IMG/VR virus record: IMGVR_UViG_3300027976_000028
Coordinates: 2,055 to 66,054 of that record
Length of the DNA: 64,000 nucleotides
DNA from: a virus
Direction: 5' to 3' (one strand)
In this document: positions 27,874 to 38,291 of the stretch, one piece after another
Layout: each line of letters starts with the position of its first letter
Numbering within the stretch: position 1 is the stretch's first letter
Position numbers and translations under genes: made by a program
Notes under the pieces: generated by a model
What the model was told of the DNA's origin: nothing
Databases searched by the model: none
Seen by the model: only the letters and a program-made list of their open reading frames with translations

Positions 27874-29858
27874 ATGTATGTAACCTCGACTCTAAACGTA
27901 CCAGTACCTGTATAAGTTGGCATGTTGATATTTACTGTACGTCGATCAAATGTAACTAATGATGTTTCTATATTATATATTCCAATTGCACTCCCGCCAT
28001 GTTTACTAAACTGCCAAACAATTTCATCACCAACAATAACGGTAAAATCTGGAGCAGCTACTAATTCTGTTAAGACAATAACACTAACATTAAGTATTCG
28101 TCGATTCTCGCTTATAATACCAATTGACGCATTCTCATGTGGCAATGTGATATCATCAATAATTGTTCTTGCATCAACAGAAACACTTCGCTGCCCTCCA
28201 ATTTTAACCCAACCTGACTCGGAACTTGGATATGTAAACAATGCCCATTCGCCATTGCCATCATCGATGACATACGATTGATCGCCTACTAATGCGTTTA
28301 ATGAGTCACGCGCCATAATATTTGCAACAACAACGGTGGCACTCGACCGCAATCCTTGTTCAATTTGCAACCCAAGGGCAAAGTGCCCAGTCTGCCCGCT
28401 CATTACGCCAGCTGTGGTAATAAATTGCCCCTGTACATCACTTATTGTTAACGGGCCGCCGTCGTCTCTTGTTAATCTTAAAGAGAATGTCGTTGTATTT
28501 GCTGCGGTAAACTCATTCAACGACGAGATTGAAGTTAAACCACTAAAATTGTTGCCATTCTTATCAGGCTCGGTATTAACAATTGTAATACTGCCACCAA
28601 CCGTGTTAGTTAATGTTAGCATTGTACCGCTGGCTGACGCTATTAGGTCAATGAGGCCGGCAGAATTGATATCAGTAACCATATCATTTATATCGGAAAT
28701 GTCAACTTCGCCGTATGCAGCACTGCCGCTTGTAGTTGTTGTAAAATTAACAACAACACTATTTATGGTTGCACTAAATGGTGCATACCCGCCAACCAGT
28801 CCATATGCCGATCCATTTATTGCAACGTCTGAGGTTGACAATGTTGCTGCGCCAACCTTGCTTGCAGTAATACTGTGATATGCAGTATTAGCATTTATAA
28901 TATCAACTGCGTCATCTATTGTGTACGTACCATTTCCACTTTGTAAAGTCATCTGCAAACGATTAAATTCAATAACGTCACCGTCTGTACCAGTTGGATC
29001 AATACCAAGCCCCGTTGTAATGCTTGGATTAGCCAATTCAATTACCATGTATATGGGTCGTCGACTTGCGTCACTCGTGGTTAGCGCACCAGATCCATCA
29101 ATGCTTGGATATACATAATCTCCGATAACACCGGGCAAGTTTGGTACAAAGTCAATAATACCATTTGCTGGCCGTAAAATAAACCCGTGCGGGCCCGGCC
29201 CGGGATGCACCACTGTGCCAATAAACTTTCCAACGTTGTTTGCATTACTTAACGCAAAGAGACCATTATCAATGCAAATTGCATTGCCTTGTACAAAGCC
29301 ATTGTCTTCCTGCTCAAGCAGGTAGTTAATAAGTGGATTTAAATATTGGAATCGACTTTGTACGTTATCAGCAAAGTTTGCCGACGCAACACCTGGTAAT
29401 GGGTCGAGCATTGGATACCCAAGTTCGTTAATTTGAAAGAATATAACAGCACCCGGAGTTCCAAACATACCCCATCCAGCCGGATCGTTAAAAGTGTTAT
29501 AGCGCAATCTATCTTCACATACCGCAACAATCATATTATTTGTTTTTGTCAAAATGCTCATAATCTGTAGCACCTTACCATCCTGCGCACCACTGACAAA
29601 ATCCCCTACCTCAATGTCATGAGCATTAAACAGATATGGGATACGAGTTAAGTTTGACCCATGTGCTCGTTCATCAACTGAGAACGTTACTTCCCATTTA
29701 TACGGCTGCGGATTATAGCCACCACTCCAGTACGGGTCTGTTATGTCGTTAGGGTACGGCCAACTTCCTAGACTTACAAACGACATGGCAGTGCCCGATA
29801 AAACCTTACTTGGTTTATTGAGTCCTACAAAGTTAGTTTTCCATGCATGAATTGCCAT
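27870..29858 (-). CDS. Putative virion structural protein (baseplate/fibre)
   Basis: 662 aa, Thr/Gly/Ser-rich beta pattern; coupled to neighbours. Confidence 0.7.
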   Translation of the reverse strand: MAIHAWKTNFVGLNKPSKVLSGTAMSFVSLGSWPYPNDITDPYWSGGYNPQPYKWEVTFSVDERAHGSNLTRIPYLFNAHDIEVGDFVSGAQDGKVLQIMSILTKTNNMIVAVCEDRLRYNTFNDPAGWGMFGTPGAVIFFQINELGYPMLDPLPGVASANFADNVQSRFQYLNPLINYLLEQEDNGFVQGNAICIDNGLFALSNANNVGKFIGTVVHPGPGPHGFILRPANGIIDFVPNLPGVIGDYVYPSIDGSGALTTSDASRRPIYMVIELANPSITTGLGIDPTGTDGDVIEFNRLQMTLQSGNGTYTIDDAVDIINANTAYHSITASKVGAATLSTSDVAINGSAYGLVGGYAPFSATINSVVVNFTTTTSGSAAYGEVDISDINDMVTDINSAGLIDLIASASGTMLTLTNTVGGSITIVNTEPDKNGNNFSGLTSISSLNEFTAANTTTFSLRLTRDDGGPLTISDVQGQFITTAGVMSGQTGHFALGLQIEQGLRSSATVVVANIMARDSLNALVGDQSYVIDDGNGEWALFTYPSSESGWVKIGGQRSVSVDARTIIDDITLPHENASIGIISENRRILNVSVIVLTELVAAPDFTVIVGDEIVWQFSKHGGSAIGIYNIETSLVTFDRRTVNINMPTYTGTGTFRVEVTYI

Positions 29859-30703
29859 TACACGCTACTTAATAAAAATTGGACTATACAATGTGTCGGT
29901 TGACCAAGAGCAGCCAACGCACCGGTAACTGTTTTTGTTAGTCCAAGCGTCATTGGATTTACTGAAGGACTAAACCCAGTAAATGCCGTCGGCGAACCAC
30001 TTGTTCCACCTGCTGCTACAGACCTTGTAGGAAAATCACTAGCCAATGCTCGTGTCAAATATACATTAGTTGTTGCCTGGTAACCATACACCTGTATACC
30101 CATTGGCGCAGTTGCGCTGCCATTGAATATAAATGTAACAGTTGCTATACTTGCGCTTGCATCTGTAATAAGGGCACTAATTCCGCCGCCTAAAACGTTC
30201 ACCCCACTCAAATTACCACTTGCATCATAGTTAATTCGCGCTGTTGCTTTATATGCCCCTTCTGTGCCAGGTATACCCTGCGCCCCTGTTGCACCGTTGG
30301 CTCCGGGCAACCCTGTTGCACCGTTGGCCCCATTGCTGCCTGGAAAGCCTGTAGCACCAGTAATTCCTTGTAAGCCTTGTTGACCCGGAAAGCCTCGTTG
30401 TCCATCCACTCCGTTTATACCAGGCAGTCCTCGAAAAGCCGCTGCTCCATCAATTCCCGGGTATCCGCGGAGGCCAGCTGCACCAGCTGCACCAGTTGCG
30501 CCAGCTGCACCAGCTGCACCAGTTGCGCCAGCTGCACCATCCACTCCGTCAATGCCAGGAGCACCATTGGTCCCATTGGTACCATTTATACCATGTACTA
30601 CACGGTCGTCGAGTATTTCGAGAATCTCATCAGCAGTTAACCCAAGACCGCTTCCGCCACTACCACCGCTAAATTGTCCACCTGAGCTTGCACGAATACC
30701 CAT
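29858..30703 (-). CDS. Collagen-like virion fibre protein
   Basis: 38 consecutive triplets (37 Gly-X-Y plus one Ala interruption) at 30251-30592, then a globular C-terminal domain. Confidence 0.88.
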   Translation of the reverse strand: MGIRASSGGQFSGGSGGSGLGLTADEILEILDDRVVHGINGTNGTNGAPGIDGVDGAAGATGAAGAAGATGAAGAAGLRGYPGIDGAAAFRGLPGINGVDGQRGFPGQQGLQGITGATGFPGSNGANGATGLPGANGATGAQGIPGTEGAYKATARINYDASGNLSGVNVLGGGISALITDASASIATVTFIFNGSATAPMGIQVYGYQATTNVYLTRALASDFPTRSVAAGGTSGSPTAFTGFSPSVNPMTLGLTKTVTGALAALGQPTHCIVQFLLSSV

Positions 30704-30713
30704 TTTATTCTCC

Positions 30714-31070
30714 TTAAATACTCAGAACAACACGTTCAAAGTTGCCACTTGTTAGTGCCACTCTTGCGCGGAGGTATACAAAGTTTCCAATAATATTGAA
30801 AGTTTTAACACCAGTTGTTGCTTCCTCATAATCTTCAAAGTCAAGCACTGCTGCAAGTGTTACTGGAAACCAATCGTTGGCTCCAGGATTGTCGCTAAGT
30901 GAAGCATCTACATATATTCTGCCGATAAAATTTACAAGATAAAAGCCAACCGTATGCATACCATCAGAGTATCCATAATAGCCACTTGCGCGGCATGCTT
31001 CTCCTGTTTGAATCCCAAATTGATCTACAATAGCAGCAGGGTCTAGCATATTTTGTCCGCTTAAACTCAT
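30714..31070 (-). CDS. Putative virion structural protein
   Basis: ASGYYGYSDGMHTVGF..F.G.I...ASL...P..NDWF; NIIGNFVYLRA. Confidence 0.65.
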   Translation of the reverse strand: MSLSGQNMLDPAAIVDQFGIQTGEACRASGYYGYSDGMHTVGFYLVNFIGRIYVDASLSDNPGANDWFPVTLAAVLDFEDYEEATTGVKTFNIIGNFVYLRARVALTSGNFERVVLSI

Positions 31071-31072
31071 TT

Positions 31073-31237
31073 TTATTCCTTGATTACTTCTACGATAACA
31101 TCGGCGCCAACTAATTCCTGCACCACAGCTTCTAAACTTGCTGTTAGGTCTTCGTTAGCTAAATGATCAACGGTTGTGCCTTCTTTGTGCAGTTTGCTAA
31201 GTTTGATCACTATGATTTCTTCGTATATTTTTGCCAT
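31073..31237 (-). CDS. 54-aa hypothetical protein (MAKIYEEIIVIKLSKL...)
   Basis: GGAGG SD; not in the ORF track. Confidence 0.65.
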   Translation of the reverse strand: MAKIYEEIIVIKLSKLHKEGTTVDHLANEDLTASLEAVVQELVGADVIVEVIKE

Positions 31238-31243
31238 AAAAAA

Positions 31244-31274
31244 TGCCTCCAACTGTATTTAGCAGTTGGAGGCA
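31244..31274 (-). promoter_or_regulatory. Hairpin with the late promoter in the loop and the SD in the 3' arm (possibly also a terminator)
   Basis: TGCCTCCAACTG-CTAAATA-CAGTTGGAGGCA-TTTTTT-ATG. Confidence 0.8.
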
Positions 31275-31291
31275 CATATTGTCTTAAGAAT

Positions 31292-31930
31292 TTACGATGG
31301 TTTTCGTATTCGTTCAAATCGTTCAATGAAACCACCTAATTGTAGCCGTAACATAGCGGCTTCTGTATCATCTTTTAGATACAGGTACATGGGTTGCCCC
31401 CATGCATAAGTTGCATACATTCTGCCATCTTTGACAATCTGACCGATCATACCAGCAGCAGCCCACCCATCTACGTCAAGGGTAGCAACAGCAGTTTTAA
31501 GCAGTGTTGGATCGGCATTTCTAAGCTTTTGGCTATACGGAATAAGCGCCCGTATTGGAAACTTGCCGTACCACGGAGTTGCCCGTATGACATCATGCAC
31601 GTGATCTAATAGTAGCTCCTTACTTGCATCATTGGCCGGTGCCCACAATTCAATAGCAAGGTGCCCATACGAACAAAGTACAGTATCAACTTCATCTTCA
31701 GTATGCAGAAATATACTTAGGTTCATTTCTCGACGAAATCCAAAGTCAGTAAACTTTGTTTGGCACCAACCCTTAATTCTATTGGATTCATCAAGCCGCA
31801 TTATCCTATTACTGCGATTGTGTTTCCACGCACCTGGAATAATTCGATCAGTCTCAATTGGCAATAGCTGTAAAATGACCTTGTAAGGCCACTTTTTCCA
31901 GTACAGTTTTTGAGTCGAATGTGTTTTCAT
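31292..31930 (-). CDS. Hypothetical protein
   Basis: 212-aa ORF coupled to clpA. Confidence 0.7.
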   Translation of the reverse strand: MKTHSTQKLYWKKWPYKVILQLLPIETDRIIPGAWKHNRSNRIMRLDESNRIKGWCQTKFTDFGFRREMNLSIFLHTEDEVDTVLCSYGHLAIELWAPANDASKELLLDHVHDVIRATPWYGKFPIRALIPYSQKLRNADPTLLKTAVATLDVDGWAAAGMIGQIVKDGRMYATYAWGQPMYLYLKDDTEAAMLRLQLGGFIERFERIRKPS

Positions 31931-34149
31931 TATGAGATTTCAAGTTCACCATTGACAGTGTTAATACAGTGAGTATCGAGCCCATCTTTGATAATACGCT
32001 TGGCTATTGGTAACCGAATTTGCTCGTTAATTAACCGCTTCATTGGACGAGCACCCATTGTTTCACTGTAACCGTGTTCAGCAAGGTAGTCTAACACTGC
32101 ATCACAATATACAATGCTTTGATTTTGTTCAACAAGTTGTTCTCGGATTTGAAGCATAAATTTATCAGCAACTCTACGGGCAATCTCACGTGGCAATCGA
32201 TTAAACTTAACAATAGCATCAAGCCTATTTCTAAATTCCGGCGTAAAGAAACGCTTAACAGCATCATCTGAAGCAGAATCATTCAATCCGCCACCAAAGC
32301 CAATGACATTCTTCTCACTATCAGCAGCGCCAAGATTACTTGTTAGAATAACAAACGCATTACGGGCACTTGCTTGCTTATTATCGCTACCAGTAATAAT
32401 GCCATGATCCATTAAGCCCAGCAAGACTTGAATTATGTCTGGGTGAGCTTTTTCAATTTCATCAAACAGTAATACGCAATTCGGAACACGGGTTAGTTCA
32501 TTAATCAACTTTCCACTACCAGCCTTACCTTCACCATAACCAACATAGCCAGGCGGTGAGCCAATCAATGACGCAATCTTGTGGGATTCTTTGTATTCGC
32601 TCATATCAAAGCGGATAACTTCCATTCCCAATCCAAGTCCCAATTGTAGTGCCAATTCAGACTTACCAGTTCCAGTTGGTCCCACAAACAGGAAGTTTGC
32701 CATTGGGCGATTTACTTCTTTTAATCCAGACTTGGCAATATACACCATGTTCATTAAACGTTCAATTGCTTCATCTTGGCCAAATACGTTTGTACGCATA
32801 CGGCTTTCGAGGTCAGCAACTGCTACGTTCTTTTGTTCGCCAAGTTGTTCTAAAGGAATACGTGTAATCTCGCTTAGTTCCTTACGGATATCATCAGCTG
32901 TTAGTTCAGTACCTTCGGCTGCATTAGTAACACGCAACCTTGACATAGCGGCGTCGATAATATCAATTGCTTTGTCGGGTAACTTCTTGTCTAACATATA
33001 CTTCATTGACAAGTCAATGGCGAGATCAATTGCAGTATCGCCAATTGTTAGTTTGTGATATGCACTATAAATTGGGGCGACTCGTCGCATTAGAGTTTGA
33101 GTGTCAGTAACTGACATTTCTTCAATGTCAATCTTTGTAAACCGACGCAGTAAAGCACGATCCTTGTCGAAGTGTTCGCGGAATTCTTCGTATGTGGTAC
33201 TGCCGATGCATCTCAATCTACCCTTTTCCAAACTTGGTTTTAGTAAGTTAGCAACGTCCATGCTACTCCCCCCGCCAGCCCCTGCGCCCATAATCATATG
33301 GATTTCATCAATGAACAGAATAGCATCTTCGCGCTCTTCTAATGCCTCAAGGACTTGTTGCATACGTTCTTCAAAGTCGCCGCGGTATTTTGTACCAGCA
33401 AGCAATTTCCCGATGTCTAAACTGTAGATAGTTTTACCCTTTAGTACCGTTGGTACTTCATCACGAACAATAGCAACTGCAAGGCCTTCTACAATTTGAG
33501 TTTTGCCAACACCTGGTTCGCCAACCATAATGGCATTGTTCTTCTTCTTGCGAGTAAGTGTCTGAGCCAGACGGAACACTTCTTTCTCACGACCAATCAA
33601 TGGATCTATTAATTTTGCCTCGGCACTTTTATTGAGGTTAGTAGTGTATTTGTTTAGGATCCTTTCACCGTCGCGCCTCTTAACATTACTGCTTTCCTTA
33701 CTATGGCCATCCTTTAATTTTCCAACGTAGTTAATCAATATTTCTTTAGTGATACCATTTTTCGCCAGAAAGAAATTAGCATGACTGTTCTTTTCAGTAG
33801 CAATACTTATTAGTAAGTCAAGTGGTTCCATATGACCCCTGCCGGTAAAGATGGCTTGGGTATACGCTCGGTTGAAGCATCGTTCAAGTGTAGCAGTTTT
33901 GCGTGGCTTAGTAATGCCCTCTACTCGAATATCATCTTGCTCTAGTAACCAAGCATCAATTTCATCCCGTAACTCAGTAACATCTACATCCAATTCTTTG
34001 AGAGTGTCCCTTACTTCATCATCGTCAAGCATGACGCGCAGGATGTGTTCCAGCGTAACATATTCGTGTTCGCGGCTCAGCGCGTCTTGAAATGCCCGTG
34101 CAATCACCTCGTTAATTCGTCCGTTATTGTTCTCATTTTCTTGACTCAT
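31930..34149 (-). CDS. clpA: ATP-dependent Clp protease ATP-binding subunit ClpA
   Basis: HEYVTLEH N-domain; GEPGVGKT and GPTGTGKS Walker A motifs; IGF loop; GARPMKR. Confidence 0.95.
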   Translation of the reverse strand: MSQENENNNGRINEVIARAFQDALSREHEYVTLEHILRVMLDDDEVRDTLKELDVDVTELRDEIDAWLLEQDDIRVEGITKPRKTATLERCFNRAYTQAIFTGRGHMEPLDLLISIATEKNSHANFFLAKNGITKEILINYVGKLKDGHSKESSNVKRRDGERILNKYTTNLNKSAEAKLIDPLIGREKEVFRLAQTLTRKKKNNAIMVGEPGVGKTQIVEGLAVAIVRDEVPTVLKGKTIYSLDIGKLLAGTKYRGDFEERMQQVLEALEEREDAILFIDEIHMIMGAGAGGGSSMDVANLLKPSLEKGRLRCIGSTTYEEFREHFDKDRALLRRFTKIDIEEMSVTDTQTLMRRVAPIYSAYHKLTIGDTAIDLAIDLSMKYMLDKKLPDKAIDIIDAAMSRLRVTNAAEGTELTADDIRKELSEITRIPLEQLGEQKNVAVADLESRMRTNVFGQDEAIERLMNMVYIAKSGLKEVNRPMANFLFVGPTGTGKSELALQLGLGLGMEVIRFDMSEYKESHKIASLIGSPPGYVGYGEGKAGSGKLINELTRVPNCVLLFDEIEKAHPDIIQVLLGLMDHGIITGSDNKQASARNAFVILTSNLGAADSEKNVIGFGGGLNDSASDDAVKRFFTPEFRNRLDAIVKFNRLPREIARRVADKFMLQIREQLVEQNQSIVYCDAVLDYLAEHGYSETMGARPMKRLINEQIRLPIAKRIIKDGLDTHCINTVNGELEIS

Positions 34150-34187
34150 TTATTACCTCTTCGTTAAGTTGGATAGCATAGCGTAGT

Positions 34188-35027
34188 TTACACTATTTTA
34201 TTTATTATGTCAAGCACGGTCCTGCTCATATCGTCTTGCTCAAGTTTTGGGATCAGTACATCTAAAATTAAGAACGCATTACCATTTTTCTCTGTACCTC
34301 GTATGCGGAATCCACGGTCACGAAGCCGTAATTGTGAACAATGTTGTGTCCCTGGTGGCACGTTGACTTCAAGGTCCTTCCCATCAATAGTTTTAATGGT
34401 TATTGTTGCGCCAAACATTGCCTGCCATACTGTAATTTTAACAGTAGCAACTAAATTGCGCCCATCGTTAAGAGTCCATACTGTGTGATCAAGTATAACA
34501 ATGCGTACATATAAATCGCCAGCGGATTTGCCATTTATAACTGCGCTACCTAATCCAGCATATCTAACCTTAATATCCGTTGTTGACCCTGGAGGAAACT
34601 TAATAGACATCTGTTTTTTATTGCCTTCTGGATCAGTAAAATCAATGTCCTTCTCAAATCCAGAATGAGCTTCTTCTAATGTACAAGGTACGCTAATGTG
34701 AAAATCAGGATTTGTAATTGATGCAGCAGCGTGGTGGTTTCTAAACTCGTCAAAGTTGAAATTGAAAGCTCCGCCGTTCCCACGAGTTTTAAACAGATCA
34801 TGCAAATTTGCGAAGCCATCACCGTTACGTGTATAGTCGCGGAACTCATTGTTGTCTGATTGGGCCTTACCAGACAAAATAGCTTCGTATGCTTCATTAA
34901 CTTTTTTAAATTCTGCTTCGTTACCCCCTTTGTCTGGGTGGTGTTTTTGGGCGGCCCGGCGATACGCCTTTTTAACCTCGTCAGCAGTTGCACCAGCAGT
35001 AAGGCCTAATATTTCGTAATAGTTCAT
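34188..35027 (-). CDS. dnaJ: DnaJ/CbpA-type J-domain co-chaperone (no zinc finger)
   Basis: YYEILG..HHPDKGG J-domain; GDLYVRI; C-terminal substrate-binding domain. Confidence 0.9.
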   Translation of the reverse strand: MNYYEILGLTAGATADEVKKAYRRAAQKHHPDKGGNEAEFKKVNEAYEAILSGKAQSDNNEFRDYTRNGDGFANLHDLFKTRGNGGAFNFNFDEFRNHHAAASITNPDFHISVPCTLEEAHSGFEKDIDFTDPEGNKKQMSIKFPPGSTTDIKVRYAGLGSAVINGKSAGDLYVRIVILDHTVWTLNDGRNLVATVKITVWQAMFGATITIKTIDGKDLEVNVPPGTQHCSQLRLRDRGFRIRGTEKNGNAFLILDVLIPKLEQDDMSRTVLDIINKIV

Positions 35028-35034
35028 AACTTAT

Positions 35035-35063
35035 ATTATACTACCATATGCGGCAGCAGTCAA
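35035..35063 (-). promoter_or_regulatory. Sigma70-type promoter
   Basis: TTGACT-N17-TATAAT. Confidence 0.75.
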
Positions 35064-35066
35064 CCG

Positions 35067-35333
35067 CTACTTCACTGATTCGAAAATCTTCTTCTGTTCA
35101 GCGTACCACTCATTCCATGCTTCTACTTTAATACCGCATTCGTAATATGTAGTAAAGTTTTCCGTTGTTATTCGTGCAATATCGCTTAGTTTGGCATCAT
35201 CGTTTAATTTCTTCAATGGCGGGCAAGGCACAGTGACTTCCTTCCCCGGTGGTCCCGGAAATAACACTGTTACTGGAACAGATGTTGCACATGCTGAAAT
35301 GAATACAGTACATAAAATGATTATATATTTCAT
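35067..35333 (-). CDS. o-spanin-like lipoprotein (Rz1-like)
   Basis: Lipobox ISAC, Pro-rich PGPPG..CPPL; overlaps the i-spanin stop. Confidence 0.7.
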   Translation of the reverse strand: MKYIIILCTVFISACATSVPVTVLFPGPPGKEVTVPCPPLKKLNDDAKLSDIARITTENFTTYYECGIKVEAWNEWYAEQKKIFESVK

Positions 35334-35806
35334 TTTTGTTTCTTTGCATCCTTTAGTGGTGCAGATGCTGCATCATTATATACTTTAATAAATTCATCTG
35401 GAATTACACACTGATTATCATATTTGATAATCTCACGATCAACATACTTAATTATATCTTTGCCGCGTTGTTTAACTATTCTTGTTTTAGTTATCACTTT
35501 AGTTTCAATTTGTACAATTACTTCTTTGCTTTTTCCTTCTGCAATAACAACTCGAGCCTCAACCTCCTTAACCCGTTCTCGCCATACCTGTTCAGTTTTC
35601 ATACCACCAAACAAATATACTCCTAACGTTAGTACAAGAACAGAGACAATTTGTAATAACTTTGAATATGCCCGTAACGGTGGAACATATTTCAATACTG
35701 GGTCAAGAATAAAGAAACTAACAACAACTCCGACGATACCCATAAGAAGTATGGCATTAACGATGAATACCATAAAGGAGTTTGGAAGTATTGTAAGAAG
35801 CCACAT
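35330..35806 (-). CDS. i-spanin-like membrane protein (Rz-like)
   Basis: Two N-terminal TM helices, coiled coil, C-terminal CVIPDEFIKVYNDAA. Confidence 0.7.
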   Translation of the reverse strand: MWLLTILPNSFMVFIVNAILLMGIVGVVVSFFILDPVLKYVPPLRAYSKLLQIVSVLVLTLGVYLFGGMKTEQVWRERVKEVEARVVIAEGKSKEVIVQIETKVITKTRIVKQRGKDIIKYVDREIIKYDNQCVIPDEFIKVYNDAASAPLKDAKKQK

Positions 35807-35809
35807 AAA

Positions 35810-36025
35810 TTATTTGTGCCTGTACGTAATACGGCCCTTTGTTAAATCGTACGGGCTCATAACAACATCAACTGTGTCACCCAATATAATAGCAATTCGA
35901 TTCATTCGTAATCTCCCAGCCAAGTGTCCCAATATTTCAACACCATTCTCGAGTTTTAATTTAAATATAGTGTTTGGGAGTAGTTCTAATACTTCTCCCT
36001 TAAGTGTAAATCCTTCTTCTTTCAT
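35810..36025 (-). CDS. infA: Translation initiation factor IF-1
   Basis: [56 protein letters not shown]. Confidence 0.95.
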   Translation of the reverse strand: MKEEGFTLKGEVLELLPNTIFKLKLENGVEILGHLAGRLRMNRIAIILGDTVDVVMSPYDLTKGRITYRHK

Positions 36026-36031
36026 TTGTCC

Positions 36032-36526
36032 TTAGTACTTTGCAAGATTTTTCATTCGTATATACCACTCGCGGCTCTCGGGGGGGAGTGCATAAATTTT
36101 CGGATCTTGTATAACAACCGCAGTTAGTTCTCCAATATTTAAATCAGCACGTTCACCGTCCATGCCAATAAATTTCCATTCTTGTTTGTCGGTTGTTTTG
36201 CTTATATCATTAACGATATCAATGATTTTCTGACATAGCCCTGCAGCCCTTTGCAATTCAATGTACACGTGGAACTTACCATCAGGATCACTTGCATCAC
36301 TTACCTCTACATCGTCTATGGAGTTAATTGACCACTCTAAGTATGCACCTAGATCAGTTGCAGCATCCTGCGAAGCAGCCTTAAATGCCACTACGACAGT
36401 ATCTGCGTCAGTGTCCATTTTAGACTTATAACGGTCGATCTCAATTAATTCGTCGATCATATCACGCAGATCACCAGACCGAAGATTTTCTCTTAGAATG
36501 TACTTTTTTACTTTAGGGTGGTTCAT
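36032..36526 (-). CDS. Hypothetical protein (leaderless late gene)
   Basis: Start reassigned to ATG 36526, 4 nt after CTAAATA; LRSGDL..EIDRYKSKM. Confidence 0.7.
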   Translation of the reverse strand: MNHPKVKKYILRENLRSGDLRDMIDELIEIDRYKSKMDTDADTVVVAFKAASQDAATDLGAYLEWSINSIDDVEVSDASDPDGKFHVYIELQRAAGLCQKIIDIVNDISKTTDKQEWKFIGMDGERADLNIGELTAVVIQDPKIYALPPESREWYIRMKNLAKY

Positions 36527-36616
36527 GTGATATTTAGCAAACTCAGTAGTATTATATAATAAACCAGATTTAATGTCAATGTTTCGTCCCATATTATGGT
36601 AAAATCGAGCTCGTGT

Positions 36617-36848
36617 TTGACTAAATAGAATAGGTGACAGCCGCGGTATTGAGCCACCCGCTGTCATTAGTCAACCCAGATTAAAGGATTATATGACCAA
36701 CGAAACTATTTATGCAGCCACTTTCTATGTTTATGCTTACATACGAAAACATGACTCTATTACTGCCAAAGCAGGTAAAGGCAGAACTCACACAGATGAG
36801 ACCAAACAAAAGATGCGAGATGCCTATGCAAGTCGCAAAAAATCTTAG
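36617..36848 (+). mobile_element. Miniature GIY-YIG/NUMOD3 cassette (copy 2; residual 51-aa ORF 36693..36848)
   Basis: Same 5' cassette; ORF MTNETIYAATFYVYAYIRKHDSITAKAG fused to KGRTHTDETKQKM. Confidence 0.8.
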
Positions 36849-37360
36849 GCCTGTACTTTATCGTCTTGCAGTGGGTCTAAAGTGTTGAGTTCCTCATCAT
36901 ACGCAGTTTCTACTGAATCTGCATCAATGTCCTCTGCATCCTTCAAATCCTCAGTGATATTTAATAATTGTTTTGGCATTCTGATATTTACAAGCCATAC
37001 GGACTTGTATTCAATTCGAGGAATATGATCGCCTTCCTTGGTAATGATAATATCGTTAGGTCCTTTAACTTTTACAAAAGTCTCGAACTTATCCTTGCCC
37101 ATCTTCACCTTACACCCGCTCTTAATCAGACGCATAGCAGCGTCAGGATCAGGCATCATTTTGTTTGGATACATTAACGTTAGTTCGACCCAATGACGCT
37201 CAATAAATGGGCCGTCAACAATTTCACCATATAACCAATTGTCATATGCATACACATCCATACGATCAAAAATACGGTCAATCTCGCATAGCGTGTCAAT
37301 AACGTTAGAAGAATTGTGAATTGAATCGAGATTCTTATAGATAGAGTTTTGTTTTGGCAT
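36845..37360 (-). CDS. Hypothetical protein
   Basis: Start reassigned to MPKQNS downstream of CTAAATA; YAYDNWLYGEIVDGP..MMPDPDAAMRL. Confidence 0.7.
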   Translation of the reverse strand: MPKQNSIYKNLDSIHNSSNVIDTLCEIDRIFDRMDVYAYDNWLYGEIVDGPFIERHWVELTLMYPNKMMPDPDAAMRLIKSGCKVKMGKDKFETFVKVKGPNDIIITKEGDHIPRIEYKSVWLVNIRMPKQLLNITEDLKDAEDIDADSVETAYDEELNTLDPLQDDKVQA

Positions 37361-37514
37361 CGTACTCTTATTTAGCAGTTTGTTGCCATAACCACGCCCG
37401 GTTAACAGATATAGGTAAATAATTTTGGTGCAGCAATGCACTAAAACCCGCAAACGGGTGACACTAAATTTAAGATAATCATAACCACCCGTCAATGTAA
37501 AAACCGGAGTCTGA

Positions 37515-38291
37515 ATGAAGAATAAGCCTAAAAGTAGACTAGATGCGACGCGTAGAAGTGCTCGCAGCACACGTTTTGCAAATCAAGGTAATGAAGTAAT
37601 AGACCTTAATACCTTTCGTGAACCAGAAAGACCTTCAAAATTTACCAAACGAGTTGATATCTATCCTCGTAATGATGCCCAGGAGCAATATTTAGATCAA
37701 TTAATGGACGAGAATAACCGAATTGTTATTGCATCGGGCAGCGCCGGAACTGGCAAAAGCTATATGGCAACATTAGCAGCAATTAAATTCCTAAGGGAAG
37801 GATCCACCTCAAAAATTATAATTACCCGCCCAATGGTTGAGGTAGAGAACGAGCAAGTGGGGTTTTTACCTGGCGACCTTAACGAAAAACTTGCTCCATG
37901 GGTACGACCGTTGATGGACATATTCGAAGAACACTATACAAAATATGCCATTGCAAAAATGCTTGCAGACGGCGTTATTGAAGTGTCTCCTCTAAGTTTC
38001 ATGCGTGGAAGATCATTCCGGAATGCAATTATAATTGCAGATGAAATGCAAAATGCAACCCCTAATCAGATGTTAATGTTACTTACACGTATATCAACAA
38101 ACTCTAGGATTCTGCTCACTGGCGACACGCGCCAAACTGATAGATACGGTGATCAAAACGGGCTGGTTAATCTGCTTACTAGGTTGCAGAACTCAGAACG
38201 CGATGGTATTGTATATACTCTGTTTGATAAACGCCATGTTGAGCGAGATCCAATTGTATCCGAGGTCCTTGACCTGTACGAAGAATGCTAA
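37515..38291 (+). CDS. phoH: PhoH-family ATPase
   Basis: GSAGTGKS, IIITRP, GFLPGDLNEKLAPW, FMRGRSF, DEMQN, GDTRQTD. Confidence 0.95.
   Translation: MKNKPKSRLDATRRSARSTRFANQGNEVIDLNTFREPERPSKFTKRVDIYPRNDAQEQYLDQLMDENNRIVIASGSAGTGKSYMATLAAIKFLREGSTSKIIITRPMVEVENEQVGFLPGDLNEKLAPWVRPLMDIFEEHYTKYAIAKMLADGVIEVSPLSFMRGRSFRNAIIIADEMQNATPNQMLMLLTRISTNSRILLTGDTRQTDRYGDQNGLVNLLTRLQNSERDGIVYTLFDKRHVERDPIVSEVLDLYEEC

Noticed and set aside
30475-30540. Short tandem DNA repeats (gcaccagctgcaccagttgc...)
   Set aside because: Fully explained by GAA/GAT collagen triplets
37426-37460. Possible tRNA fragment
   Set aside because: Only two hairpins, with no acceptor stem, TTC loop or CCA; kept as a leader candidate instead
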